From assembly GCA_963749605.1 (NCBI GenBank), contig CAVVNN010000003.1, forward strand, positions 85,579 through 149,578: a stretch of 64,000 nucleotides of DNA, read 5' to 3'. The position numbers were made by a program, and so were the translations under genes. Below the pieces are notes generated by a model. That model had not been told where the DNA came from. It saw nothing but the letters and a program-made list of their open reading frames with translations, and searched no databases. Origin of the DNA: an uncultured Solirubrobacterales bacterium. Lineage in GTDB: Bacteria > Actinomycetota > Thermoleophilia > Solirubrobacterales > 70-9. Numbering within the stretch: position 1 is the stretch's first letter; every line of letters starts with the position of its first letter. This document shows positions 54,511-64,000 of this stretch, in pieces.

Positions 54511-57500
54511 ATGGATACACACGGACAGGGAACGTGGCGACACACGAAGCTCTGGGCTGAGTTGAAGCGCCGCCAAGACACGCCATCGGAGATGCTTCGG
54601 GCAGTCATTGTCGGTGTTATGCCAGACATCGAGACCGTTTTGACAGACCGCGGCACTTCCTCGGCTGATTTCACTCTCCATGACGCCTTCCATTCCTACC
54701 GCGTCGCGAACTTTATGGCCGACCTCGCCGGTCCTGACGTACTAGAACAGCTCGGCCCGCAAGACATTGCTCTGCTCTTGCTCAGTGCGTACGTCCACGA
54801 TATTGGAATGACGCCACCCATGGCGAAGATCGATGGCCATCTCGCATTCATCCTTTCGGGTGACGCTTCGAGCTTGGGCGAACGTGACATTGAGTCACTG
54901 CAAGCCTGGCTGGACGATGAGTGGGACGGTATCACTCCGCCCATATCGCACGGTGCGCCTAGCGCGAATGAGCTGCGTCTCGCCAAACAGATGGTCGCAG
55001 GGTACATTCGACACCGGCACACCGATTGGAGTGCGGCGTGGATCCGGGGGCGCCTGCAAGCAACTCAAGAGCCGTACTCAGGATGGCTGGAGGATCTCGT
55101 TAGTCTTGCCAAGAGCCATCACTTCAACATAGACCAGCTAAGGTCTCACGCCTTCGATCCGCGACTCGTTGGATCGCCTGCGACGGTCGTCCACCTCCGT
55201 TACTGTGCCTGCTTACTCAGAGTTGCCGATGTACTGGACTTTGATCCAGAGCGCACGCCACCGATCCTGTATCGCCACCGTGGCGTGAGTGACGGCAGCG
55301 CGATCTTTTGGCGCAAGGACCAGGAGCTTTCCTTTGAGCTGCAGGGCAGTCACATTGTTCTCCACGCCCGACCTCTAGATGCCGCGGTTCATCACGCAAT
55401 CGACATAACGGTACGTGACGTGAATAGAGAGCTACTACTGAGTCGAAGGCTTGCGGACGAGACCAATTTCCAGCACATGTCGGGCCGAGACGAGCCACTT
55501 CCCCATCGCTGGAGAATGGATACCACGGTGCGTTCGCTTATTACGCCCAGAAACGACGCATATGAGTACATCAACGGGACCTTCCGCCCAAACCCACAAC
55601 GCATGCTCGCTCTGCTTGGCGGCATTGAGCTATACGGATCACACGATGCGGCAGTGCGGGAGATCATCCAAAACGCCTTCGACGCGGTTCGTGAGCAGAT
55701 AGCGCGAGAACGCCTACTTCAGCCTGAGCTATCAAGCGGGGAGACCCTTGACCGAATAGCCTCAGCCCACCGCGTGTCCCTGATATTCGAGGAAGCTGGT
55801 CCAGGGGAGTACCGGCTGAGCTGCCAAGACACGGGTACCGGTATGACGCGCGACATTATCCACAATCGTTTTCTGGTGGGAGGTATTTCCTCCAGCCATG
55901 AAGTCAGGGCTTTGGAACGAGCATGCGACGAGCGAGGCTTTTCGCTTGGCCGAACGGCTCGGTTTGGTATCGGGGTACTGTCTTACTTCATACTTGGCAG
56001 GTATCTAACCGTACATACCCGTCGCTCTCTGGAGGCTGGGGATCCGGACGGTATCGGTTGGACCTTTACGAGTGGCGGGCTAGATGATTTCGGTGAACTT
56101 AAGCGCCGCCCGGATCTGCAAAATGGCACTGAGATCGTGTTGGACCTTCGAGAGGATTTGGTCGGACCAGACCCAAGCGCATTCGCTAGCCATTTATCGG
56201 CATATCTGTCGACTATCGTAAGGCGATCTCCATGCGCGTTCGACTTCGAAGCTCCGGGCTTCGACTGTCCATCGATCTCAAGCTCTTGGGGGTGGGTTGA
56301 CCGGTCCGCCGACATCAGGATGATTCTGCGTGGGTCGACAACTGACGAGTTCAGAGGGATCATGGGCAGCTACGGAATCGCTACAACGAAGAGGAAGAAC
56401 TGGTTGCGTCGCCGCAAACAGCGCTATGCCGCGTATGAGGAAGATGCGGAGGAGCGACTTGAAACCCACACGTTCGAATGCCCCCTTCCCGGAGAACTGG
56501 GAAGCGCGCGAATCGTCATTGGGACCTTTCGCCTTCTCCCGGGCGCTTCCTTTGCGTACTTCGACCTCATCGACGAGTCGGTCGACACGTATCGATTGAA
56601 ATCTCTTCCAACCGAGGACGGCGTGGTATCACGTGGCCAGATGACGATGAGTTGGAACGGCATGATGATAGATGCCGATTCTGCATCACGTTCAAGTGTG
56701 CACGTGAATACTGTCGCTGCAGTTGTTGAAATCGATTGGACTAGTGACACGGCCGGCCAGTTGGCTATTCACAGGCATAGCTTCAAACCAAGTCCCAAGG
56801 CGATTCGTGCGCTGCGTTGGCTCGAGAAGGAGATAACGAACCGTCGTCTTGAGATCCTCGAGGAGGAGGGCGCAACCCTCCTTGCTCTCCTGAACAGGCG
56901 CATAGTTGATTCCCCGCCTGAGGAGTCAACGCCGCTGGCCTGGCCAGTTGAGGTTGGCAAGAGGAAGGTAGTTCTCAAACGTTTGGAAACCCCCACCGTC
57001 ACGATTCCGAGATACGCGGACGGAGACAGATCAGCTTTGAGATGGAGGAGGGCGAAGGTCTGCGCGGCGCGTGACCTTAGCCTTGGAACTAGCGACGCCA
57101 ACTATTATCGCAACATCTCTTGGAGTGGCACCCAATTTGGACCTACCTCGTTGGGTGTGATGGCCATCTCCGGAAAAGACAGAGCGGTTGTAGTTTGGGA
57201 GAACTTCAAAAGTAACCGGAGTCTAACGAGCGTTCCGCATTCCGCGGTCCCCTTTCCTCCTGCCTGGAGATCTCTTGCCGTCGTTCGGCCACGAACGAGA
57301 TTCACAGGTGGAATCACTGAGTTCTTCAACGCAAATCATCCCCTAGTGCGCACCGTCGATAAAGAGGGATGGAAGTGGGCCGAGGGCGTCACCTTGGCTG
57401 AAAGAAACCCCGTTACTTATAGCGCTGACATGATGAAAACGCCTGGACGCGTTGCGGCTTGGCTCTTACACTGCATCAGCGGTGACGGCAGTATGCTGGA

Positions 57501-57774
57501 AGCGGTCGTCGAGGAGTCGCCTAGCCTTCTTGCCAACGCTTGGACTAAGATCGACGGTCTCGGTGAGTACGACGAGATCTTATCTTGGAGCGAAGATGAA
57601 TCTGAAGAAGAGGGCGCACTACTATCCATTCTCTCGCTGAGCCCAAGGAACTATTACGGTTATGTAGGTCGAGAGGCTGAGCGTGAGTTTGCCGCCCGGT
57701 GCCCTTCCGTGGATGAGGCTTGGCGTCTGGTTGGCTGGAATGAAGACGATAGCCAGCCACGGCTTAAGCCGTAG
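54511..57774 (+). CDS. Large HD-domain plus GHKL (Hsp90/MORC/sacsin-like) ATPase protein
   Basis: 1087 aa in a low-GC segment. HD motifs TLHDAFHSYRV and SAYVHDIGM. GHKL N-box EIIQNAFDAV, G1 DTGTGM, G2 RFGIGVLSYF. The about 600-aa C-terminal region is unassigned. Confidence 0.75.
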   Translation: MDTHGQGTWRHTKLWAELKRRQDTPSEMLRAVIVGVMPDIETVLTDRGTSSADFTLHDAFHSYRVANFMADLAGPDVLEQLGPQDIALLLLSAYVHDIGMTPPMAKIDGHLAFILSGDASSLGERDIESLQAWLDDEWDGITPPISHGAPSANELRLAKQMVAGYIRHRHTDWSAAWIRGRLQATQEPYSGWLEDLVSLAKSHHFNIDQLRSHAFDPRLVGSPATVVHLRYCACLLRVADVLDFDPERTPPILYRHRGVSDGSAIFWRKDQELSFELQGSHIVLHARPLDAAVHHAIDITVRDVNRELLLSRRLADETNFQHMSGRDEPLPHRWRMDTTVRSLITPRNDAYEYINGTFRPNPQRMLALLGGIELYGSHDAAVREIIQNAFDAVREQIARERLLQPELSSGETLDRIASAHRVSLIFEEAGPGEYRLSCQDTGTGMTRDIIHNRFLVGGISSSHEVRALERACDERGFSLGRTARFGIGVLSYFILGRYLTVHTRRSLEAGDPDGIGWTFTSGGLDDFGELKRRPDLQNGTEIVLDLREDLVGPDPSAFASHLSAYLSTIVRRSPCAFDFEAPGFDCPSISSSWGWVDRSADIRMILRGSTTDEFRGIMGSYGIATTKRKNWLRRRKQRYAAYEEDAEERLETHTFECPLPGELGSARIVIGTFRLLPGASFAYFDLIDESVDTYRLKSLPTEDGVVSRGQMTMSWNGMMIDADSASRSSVHVNTVAAVVEIDWTSDTAGQLAIHRHSFKPSPKAIRALRWLEKEITNRRLEILEEEGATLLALLNRRIVDSPPEESTPLAWPVEVGKRKVVLKRLETPTVTIPRYADGDRSALRWRRAKVCAARDLSLGTSDANYYRNISWSGTQFGPTSLGVMAISGKDRAVVVWENFKSNRSLTSVPHSAVPFPPAWRSLAVVRPRTRFTGGITEFFNANHPLVRTVDKEGWKWAEGVTLAERNPVTYSADMMKTPGRVAAWLLHCISGDGSMLEAVVEESPSLLANAWTKIDGLGEYDEILSWSEDESEEEGALLSILSLSPRNYYGYVGREAEREFAARCPSVDEAWRLVGWNEDDSQPRLKP

Positions 57775-57930
57775 TGTTGCAGACTCACCTTCGCCCTAGA
57801 TCTGTCTTGCTAAATCAGGTGAAGTACGCGGCATACTTTGCGCAGCGCCCACAATACTGTCGCTTCCGCGTGGTTGCGAGCACGCGCGCAGACGCGGCTC
57901 ACGCTCTCGCTCCGGACGAAGAGCAGGCGC

Positions 57931-57947
57931 GCTCACGAGACGTGAGC
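57931..57947 (-). terminator. Hairpin just downstream of the NERD gene
   Basis: GCTCACG-AGA-CGTGAGC: 7-bp stem starting 8 nt after the stop at 57955. No clear U-tract. Confidence 0.35.
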
Positions 57948-57954
57948 CCTGGCT

Positions 57955-58743
57955 TCACGCCGAGCTCAGCCCCGCCGAGACCGCTGCGATGCTGTCGGCT
58001 GGTTCGCTCTCGCCGATCCCCGCCACGCACTCCGCGATCGCTTCGACCTCCCCCTCACCAAGCCGCTCAGGTCGCCCCCGCATCCACTCACGCAGCCGCG
58101 ACCCATGAACAAACACACAGCGCCCGTCTTCGACCAAGCCTTCCGGAAAATCCGACCAGAACACAACGACCGCCTGCACCCAAAGGCGCCGCCCGCTCCG
58201 CCGCTCGATGTCCTCCTTCAACGATGCAGCAGCCCCCAACGCCCGCGGCCTGATCGACTCCCACGGCTTGTTGTCTTCCGGATCCAACCGCCGCTGCAAG
58301 TGCGGAACGCCATCGCGCATCTCGACCACCCCGGCGAGGTTTTTGGTCTCCAGCAAAAACACCCCAGCCCGACCCACCGCGATGTGGTCGTAGTTGCCGT
58401 GTCCGTTCTCGACGTCGTGGAACACGCGCCACCCCGCCCGCTCCAGCGGCCGCAGCTCCTTCTCCGTCTTGCGCTCCCCTTCGGCTCCCTCACGCCAGTG
58501 CTCGATATAGAAGGGAGGCGTATCTCGAAACTCGACCCATGCTGCGACACCGAGAGCGGTGAGCCCCCCGGCAAACCACGACAGCGGATTCCCGTCGGCA
58601 ACGAAGACCACCATCCCGACCACGATCAATGGGCCGGAGAACGCAAAGCAGATCAACCGGATCTTCGCCCGCCATCGACGCCGACCTTGCCGATAGCGAT
58701 CCGCCGCATAGCCGCCAGCCTGAGCCCGCCTCATCAAGTTCAT
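57955..58743 (-). CDS. NERD (nuclease-related domain) protein with N-terminal TM helices
   Basis: 262 aa. Two TM segments, then GAEGERKTEKELRPLERAGWRVFHDV...NYDHIAVGRAGVFLLETKN (NERD signature). Confidence 0.75.
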   Translation of the reverse strand: MNLMRRAQAGGYAADRYRQGRRRWRAKIRLICFAFSGPLIVVGMVVFVADGNPLSWFAGGLTALGVAAWVEFRDTPPFYIEHWREGAEGERKTEKELRPLERAGWRVFHDVENGHGNYDHIAVGRAGVFLLETKNLAGVVEMRDGVPHLQRRLDPEDNKPWESIRPRALGAAASLKEDIERRSGRRLWVQAVVVFWSDFPEGLVEDGRCVFVHGSRLREWMRGRPERLGEGEVEAIAECVAGIGESEPADSIAAVSAGLSSA

Positions 58744-58841
58744 GGCCCCCTATCGGCCAGAACTCACCAGGGCTGAACTAGGCACTCCCGGGCACAGGCG
58801 CCGAAGCCAGCAGGCTCCCAGTCGCTCGCCAAACCCCGCGC

Positions 58842-58863
58842 ACACAGTCAACACACAGTCAAC
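58842..58863. repeat. Tandem 11-mer (ACACAGTCAAC x2) upstream of the secreted-protein gene
   Basis: Exact tandem duplication. It is followed by the near-repeat GAATAGCCGAG / GAATAACCGAG (58864-58888) and a hairpin GTGTCTGG-N11-CCAGACAC (58912-58938). Confidence 0.7.
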
Positions 58864-59061
58864 GAATAGCCGAGGACGAATAACCGAGCACCCCTGAGCG
58901 CTCCATTTGACGTGTCTGGTTGTTGTGAATCCAGACACAAGTCAGATCGTCGGAACGACCACCTCCCCGGCAGCGATTCATCGCTCGCCCACCAAGGAGG
59001 GAAGGGAAGCCGCAAGCGCCTCTCCTGAGCCTCGATCGACACAGAATCAAGGAGCAGGAAC

Positions 59062-61360
59062 ATGTTCTCTCGATCGAGCGGACCGGCTCGCCGGCCGGTC
59101 CTGATAGCCCAATGCCTGATGCTGCTCACCGTCGCCATCGCCGTCCTCGGCGCAGCCAGCGCCCACGCCGCCGACTACAAGCTGGTGCTCTGCGCCGCCA
59201 ACAACGGCTCCAACGGCTACCAAACGGCCACCAACACCACCAGCTCCCAGAACCCCGCCGGCATCTTCGACTTCAATAACTACTGCGGCCCCGCCCCGGA
59301 CCCCGCGGGGAACAGCGCCTTCCTGCGGATCGCCGAGAACCAATCCGGCGGCAACGCCGGGGTCAACGCCTACGGCAGCGTCTCCTGGACTGCTCCGCCC
59401 TGGGTGGCGATCCTCGCCGCCGGCGGCTACACCCGCGAGCCAAACGCCTTCAACGAAGGCTGGCGCGGGCGCTTCTGGGCCGAAGGCTTCGACGGCTCCA
59501 CCAACAACATCCTCATGCAGGGCACCGGGCGAGCCCAACTCGGGCATCTTCTGGAACCCGACCTCGACCTTCGCCCCACATCTGTGGCCATTCGGCTCCT
59601 TCGGCAACTACCGCCGCTTCGTCTTCGAGCTGACCTGCGTCCGCCCCTCCGGTTGCGACCGCACCAACTTCAACGCCGTCGACGCCAACAGCTTCGCCTT
59701 GATCCTCAACGACGTCTCCCCGGTGCAGCTGCAGCTCACCAACACCTCAGCGCCCCTGCTCGCAGGCCAGTGGGTCCGCGGCACCCAGACCGCCACCTAC
59801 AGCTGGTCCGATCAGGGATCGGGCATCCGGATGGAGTGGATAAACATCGACGGCGCCCGCCGCTTCACCATCGACCACGCCAGCGAATGCAACACCGGCT
59901 CCTCGGCGGTCAACGGCGAGTTCGCCCGTGACTTCCAGCCCTGCGCTACTGCCTCGGGCATCGGCCGCTCCTACAGCTTCGACACCTCCTCGCTCCCCGA
60001 CGGCGCCCACACCCTGCAGGCCTGCGCTCAGGACTACGCGCAATACCAAGGGCTCTACGGCACCGGCGGGGCAAGCTGCGAAGCAGCGACGATCCGCACC
60101 GACAACACCCCGCCTGGCGCCCCGGCTGGGCTGGAAGTGACGAGTTCGAACCCGGCTCGCTACCTGCCCCACTTCGGCGCCCACTGGCAGCTGCCGCCCA
60201 ACCAGGGCTCACCCGTAGCCAAGGTCCATTACAACGTCGTCAACGCCACTGGCGAAGTGGTCGTGCCCGAGCAGACGGTTGCCGCCAGCGAACCCTCGAC
60301 GCTGTCGAACATCGAAGGTCCCAGCAAACCCGGCGACTACCGCCTCCGCGTCTGGCTCGAGGACCAAGTCGGTCTCAGCGGTCCCGTCTCCACGGCGCCG
60401 ATCCCCCACGACACCACGCCTCCGGCCGCGCCGCAGGGCCTCTCGGTGACGGCGCCGACTACGACCCGCACGGCGCAGGGCTTCGACGTCCGTTGGCGCA
60501 ACATCGCCGACGCCGGCTCCCCAATCGCCGCCGTCCACTACCAGGTGCTGGACGGCTCGGGCGCCGTCGTCGTCCCGACCAAGACCGCCGCCGCCGAAGA
60601 CGTCCAGGCGATCCAGAACCTGGAAACGCCCGGCGACCGCGGCAGCTACACCCTGCGCCTCTGGCTCTCCGACGCCGAGGGCAACACCGGCGCCCCCACC
60701 AGCGCCCCGCTCGCCTATGACTGCGTGCGCTCCGAAGTCCCCGGCGGCCTGCACTTAAGCGCCGGCTTCGGCGGCGCCGGCAGCGAAGTGGTGGGGGAGG
60801 GCAGCGGCTCGACCCTCAGCGGCAACCTGCGCGCCATCGCCAAAGGCATCGCCGGCGCTCCGCTCTGCGTCTACAGCTCCGTCGTCACCGACCCCGGCCG
60901 CGAATTCCTCGGCATCGCCATCACCGACGCCGCCGGCAACTACAGCTTCGCGATCCCACCCGGCCCCTCGCGCAACCTCAGCGTCATCTACCGCCCCGAC
61001 CAGCGCCAGCTGAGCGCCGAAGCGACGCTCCTGACCAGGGTCCGCCCGACCTTCCAGATCGCACGCAAGGTCGTCCACAACAAGCACCTCGCCCGCTTCT
61101 CCGGCCAAATCCCCGGCCCCCACAACGACCAGGTGGTCGTCGTCCTTCAGGTCAGAAGCGGGAAGGGCTGGCGGGCCTTTCGCCGCTACCGCACCCGCGA
61201 AGGCGGCCGCTTCTCGGTCGGCTACCGCTTCACCCGCACCGTCTCACCGACCCGCTACGTGATGAGGGCCCAGGTTCGCGAAACCACCGGTTACCCGTAT
61301 CTGCAAGGGAACTCGAGGCAGCTAGGGCTGAGTGTGTTGCCGTCGCCGCGTCGCAGATGA
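59062..61360 (+). pseudogene. Large secreted protein with tandem Ig/FN3-like modules, read through one frameshift at about 59530
   Basis: ATG 59062 with AAGGAG upstream and a signal peptide (LMLLTVAIAVLGAASAHA). The frame changes after ILMQGTG to EPNSGIFWNPTSTF..., which continues into track ORF 59699-61360. Confidence 0.65.
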
Positions 61361-61420
61361 GCCGCCTCGAACGGCGTGCGCCTGGGAGCCGTGCAGTTCC
61401 CAGTTCAAGTCTCCGAAACC

Positions 61421-61444
61421 CCGATCCGGAAGGGTCGGTCTTTT
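61421..61444 (+). terminator. Rho-independent terminator
   Basis: CCGATCC-GGAA-GGGTCGG followed by TCTTTT, 60 nt after the stop at 61360, with an A-rich stretch upstream. Confidence 0.6.
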
Positions 61445-61650
61445 GAGAAGAGCCTTCGCCAACCTCGAACAGACCGATACCAACGAAAACGGCATCGGAG
61501 ATACGTGCGAAGAATGAATAGGGCCATAGGCGCAAGGTCCCCACAAGAGCGGTAGTAGCCTCGGGGGAGGAGCTCTTGTCTCGTAGGCCTGTTGAAGGGA
61601 AGCGGAGAAAGCTCCCAGAAAGCGACGATTCAGATCGGACGCGACAGAAC

Positions 61651-63048
61651 ATGCGAGTGCGAGCGGTGACCGAACGACTAAATAGCCTCGCGAGGGGCGG
61701 GCTGCTGCTCGCGGGCCTGGCCGCGATGGTCGTGGCGCCCGCCGTGGCTCATGCCGGCGGGGATCCGCTGGACCCTTCGTTCGGCAACGGCGGAGTCGTG
61801 GTCACCCCGACCCCAACCCCCCGCTGGAATGGCGCTGTCTTCGGCCTCGCCGAAGACAGCGAGGGGCGAATCATCGCGGCTGGCGAGACGGATGCGGGAG
61901 GCTTCGGGCTCCTGCGCGATCTCGCCGACGGCTCTTTGGACAGGTCCTTTCGGGGAGGCTCGGTCGAACGAGAACCCTCCTATCCCGGCGGACTTGTGGA
62001 AACTGGATTCAGTGGTGGAGCGGCGGCCCACGACGTCGCCGTCCAGCGCGACGGAAAGATCGTCGCCACTGGCTCATCGTCAGAACAGGGAGCCTTCGCC
62101 CTCGCCCGTTACGAGGAAGACGGCACCCGCGACCCCAGCTTCGGCAAAGACGGGCGGGTCGTGACCCACCTCGGCCCATTCGACGGAGGTGCCTTTGCCC
62201 TGGCGATCCAGCCCGACGGGCGGATCGTGGTCGGCGGCTTCAGGGAAACGTGGAATAGGCGCACGGAAGGCCTCCTGATCCGCTACCTGCCCAACGGCGC
62301 GATCGACCCCAGCTTTGGCTCACACGGAGAAGTCCGCTTCAAGCCCCGCCACCGCGGCCAGGCAAAGGTGGACGACGTAGCGCTGCTGCCGAGCGGCAAA
62401 ATCCTGGCGGCTGGCGGCTTCCACGGCGACTTCCTGCTGGCGCGACTGCTTCCGAATGGAAGCCTCGACCCCAGCTTCGGCGGCGGCGATGGCCGCGTTC
62501 TCACCGATGTCGACGCCAACGGCTACTGCGCCGAAAGCCAGTGCGCCTACGCTTCGAGTCTCGCGGTCAGCCACGGCCACATCGTGCTGGCGGGCAATGC
62601 CGCGAACCATCGCGATCTGTTCACCGCCGTGACCCGCTACCAGGCAAACGGCAAGCTCGACCGACGCTTCGGGGACCGGGGCATCGTCCGCGTCCACCGG
62701 CTCTACATCCTCACCGCCGACCAGTTGGTCGTCCAGCGCGACGGGAAGATCGTCACCGTTGGCCACCGCTACGGAAAATATGGGGAATCGGTCGTGGCCG
62801 TGCGCTTCCTGCCCAGCGGCAAGCCCGACCCCAGCTTCGCCCGCTCGGGAGTCTTCACGCGCAAGGTCGGTTTTAGCAGCGTCGCTTATACGGCACTCCT
62901 GCAGCGCGACGGCAAGGTAGTGATCGGCGGATACGCCGTTGCGAAGGGCGGCACGCCGACGTTGCCACCCGAAGCCGCAGAAGAAGGTCCCGAAGACCCC
63001 TTGGAATCCGCGCATTTCATGCTGATGCGGTTCCTGCCGGGTGCTTAG
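61651..63048 (+). CDS. Secreted delta-60-repeat (beta-propeller) protein
   Basis: ATG 61651 gives a signal peptide (LLLAGLAAMVVAPAVAHA). There are at least 7 repeats of the D(P/R)SFG-x-(D/G)G motif. Confidence 0.75.
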   Translation: MRVRAVTERLNSLARGGLLLAGLAAMVVAPAVAHAGGDPLDPSFGNGGVVVTPTPTPRWNGAVFGLAEDSEGRIIAAGETDAGGFGLLRDLADGSLDRSFRGGSVEREPSYPGGLVETGFSGGAAAHDVAVQRDGKIVATGSSSEQGAFALARYEEDGTRDPSFGKDGRVVTHLGPFDGGAFALAIQPDGRIVVGGFRETWNRRTEGLLIRYLPNGAIDPSFGSHGEVRFKPRHRGQAKVDDVALLPSGKILAAGGFHGDFLLARLLPNGSLDPSFGGGDGRVLTDVDANGYCAESQCAYASSLAVSHGHIVLAGNAANHRDLFTAVTRYQANGKLDRRFGDRGIVRVHRLYILTADQLVVQRDGKIVTVGHRYGKYGESVVAVRFLPSGKPDPSFARSGVFTRKVGFSSVAYTALLQRDGKVVIGGYAVAKGGTPTLPPEAAEEGPEDPLESAHFMLMRFLPGA

Positions 63049-63330
63049 CCTCAAGCACCAAGGATCTTGTTGGAGATCAGGCGATACGCGGTCGCGGATA
63101 TCCGTTCAAAACCCGCCCCCGCTATTTGACGAAGGCCGTGTAAATCGGGGCTTTTTCACGTCTAGGCCCCGTTGCCTCAAGGGCCAGCGGGTCACAATCG
63201 GGTCACAAATCTTTTTGGGCCTGTGCTTCAGCGAGACAGTTTGGGGCGATCGAGCAGCGTTTCGCGATATTTTCGAGCTGAGAGGGACGGAGAGGTGAGA
63301 GCGCCCCACGGGGGCCTCTCGGATTGAGGG

Positions 63331-64000
63331 TCAGCCGCCCTTGAAGATGAGCACCAGCGTGCCGGCGGCGATGACTGCGCTGAGGATCGCGGTCGCCCAG
63401 GTGAGCAGTTGCAGGCGCCTCTCCGAGCGGCCCTCGAAGCGAGTGCTCGTCTCCCGGTAGAGCGCCTCCAGCTTGTCGCTGAGAGCTTTGAATTCGGCGG
63501 TGATGCCGAGGCGCTCGCGGAGCAGGCGGTAGCGGCTCCGGTAGGTCTCGGTCATGATTTCGAGGTCGTAGGTCTCGTGCAGCTCGACCATCGCTTCGCG
63601 CTCGATGTCGGCGATCGAGTCGGGCTTGGAGCGATCGGAGCGAGAGATGTCGCGAAAGACGCTGCGAATCATCCCGGTCGCCGTCGCGGCGCCGATCACC
63701 ATGTATGCGGTCCAGCCAGCCTCGAGCAGCGCGGAGGCTTCGAGGCCGTGCTGGGAGCAGCCGTCGCCGACGGTGACAACGCAGCGGTTGGCAGGAAGGA
63801 CGCCGATCGCATAGCGCTTGGTGTCGAAGAAGTTGCGATCGAGGCGGTAGCCGTCTTGGCCCGTGCGCGGTATCCACGCCGGTGTCTGGTAGGGGTGCGA
63901 GATGGCTTTTGAGACTTCGGCGAGCAGCCCCGAGAGGTCCGGGTCCCTGCAGGTGCCCGGCCCTTGGGAGGTCTGTGACTTTGCGCAATTGTCGTCGACG
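63331..64000 (-). CDS. Hypothetical protein with a C-terminal TM helix (5' end beyond the right edge); faintly DUF155/RMD1-like
   Basis: The frame is open from 63999 down to the stop at 63331 (the track lists only the part from the internal Met at 63702). C-terminal WATAILSAVIAAGTLVLIF. Confidence 0.4.
   Translation of the reverse strand, partial: VDDNCAKSQTSQGPGTCRDPDLSGLLAEVSKAISHPYQTPAWIPRTGQDGYRLDRNFFDTKRYAIGVLPANRCVVTVGDGCSQHGLEASALLEAGWTAYMVIGAATATGMIRSVFRDISRSDRSKPDSIADIEREAMVELHETYDLEIMTETYRSRYRLLRERLGITAEFKALSDKLEALYRETSTRFEGRSERRLQLLTWATAILSAVIAAGTLVLIFKGG

Overview
High-GC, Actinomycetota-like chromosomal window. All calls come from reading the six-frame track and the DNA by eye. 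No database search was run, so family names are motif-level recognitions. The window has four parts.

(1) 1-17.7 kb is a housekeeping core: dnaK-grpE-dnaJ, cytochrome c plus nth, an inositol-phospholipid block (PAP2, CDP-alcohol phosphatidyltransferase, ino1, a GT-remnant/PHP fusion), a UDG-like gene, argF, lgt, prmC and lysS.

(2) 17.8-27.9 kb is bounded by tRNA-Val(UAC) and tRNA-Asp(GUC). Here aspS lies between a frameshifted ThiF/E1-methyltransferase fusion (MccB-like) and a CmoA/MccS-like carboxy-SAM synthase gene. An unannotated 19-codon ORF ending in Asn precedes the CmoA-like gene. Together these look like a microcin-C-type peptidyl-nucleotide locus built around the gene for its expected target, AspRS. 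The block continues with two multiply frameshifted pseudogenes and three hydrolase genes.

(3) 27.95-45.6 kb is a visibly lower-GC island directly 3' of tRNA-Asp with no integrase. It carries a PHP-SMC-like ATPase (Ppl-like), a DUF4143 ATPase, a DUF5131/TcmP pair, a five-gene block ending in DprA-like/HAD/ComF-like PRTase, a 1187-aa fused restriction-modification enzyme, and membrane/secreted unknowns.

(4) 45.7-64 kb holds a sulfotransferase/aminotransferase/oxidoreductase/acyltransferase operon containing a G17 tract, a membrane-anchored STAND NTPase, a DNA-ligase remnant, a second low-GC insert with a 1087-aa HD-GHKL protein next to a NERD protein, and secreted repeat proteins.

At least about 12 apparent single-base frameshifts are scattered through the window and concentrated at 22.4-24.9 kb. 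Either assembly indel errors or real gene decay could explain them, and this must be settled before interpreting any of the affected genes.
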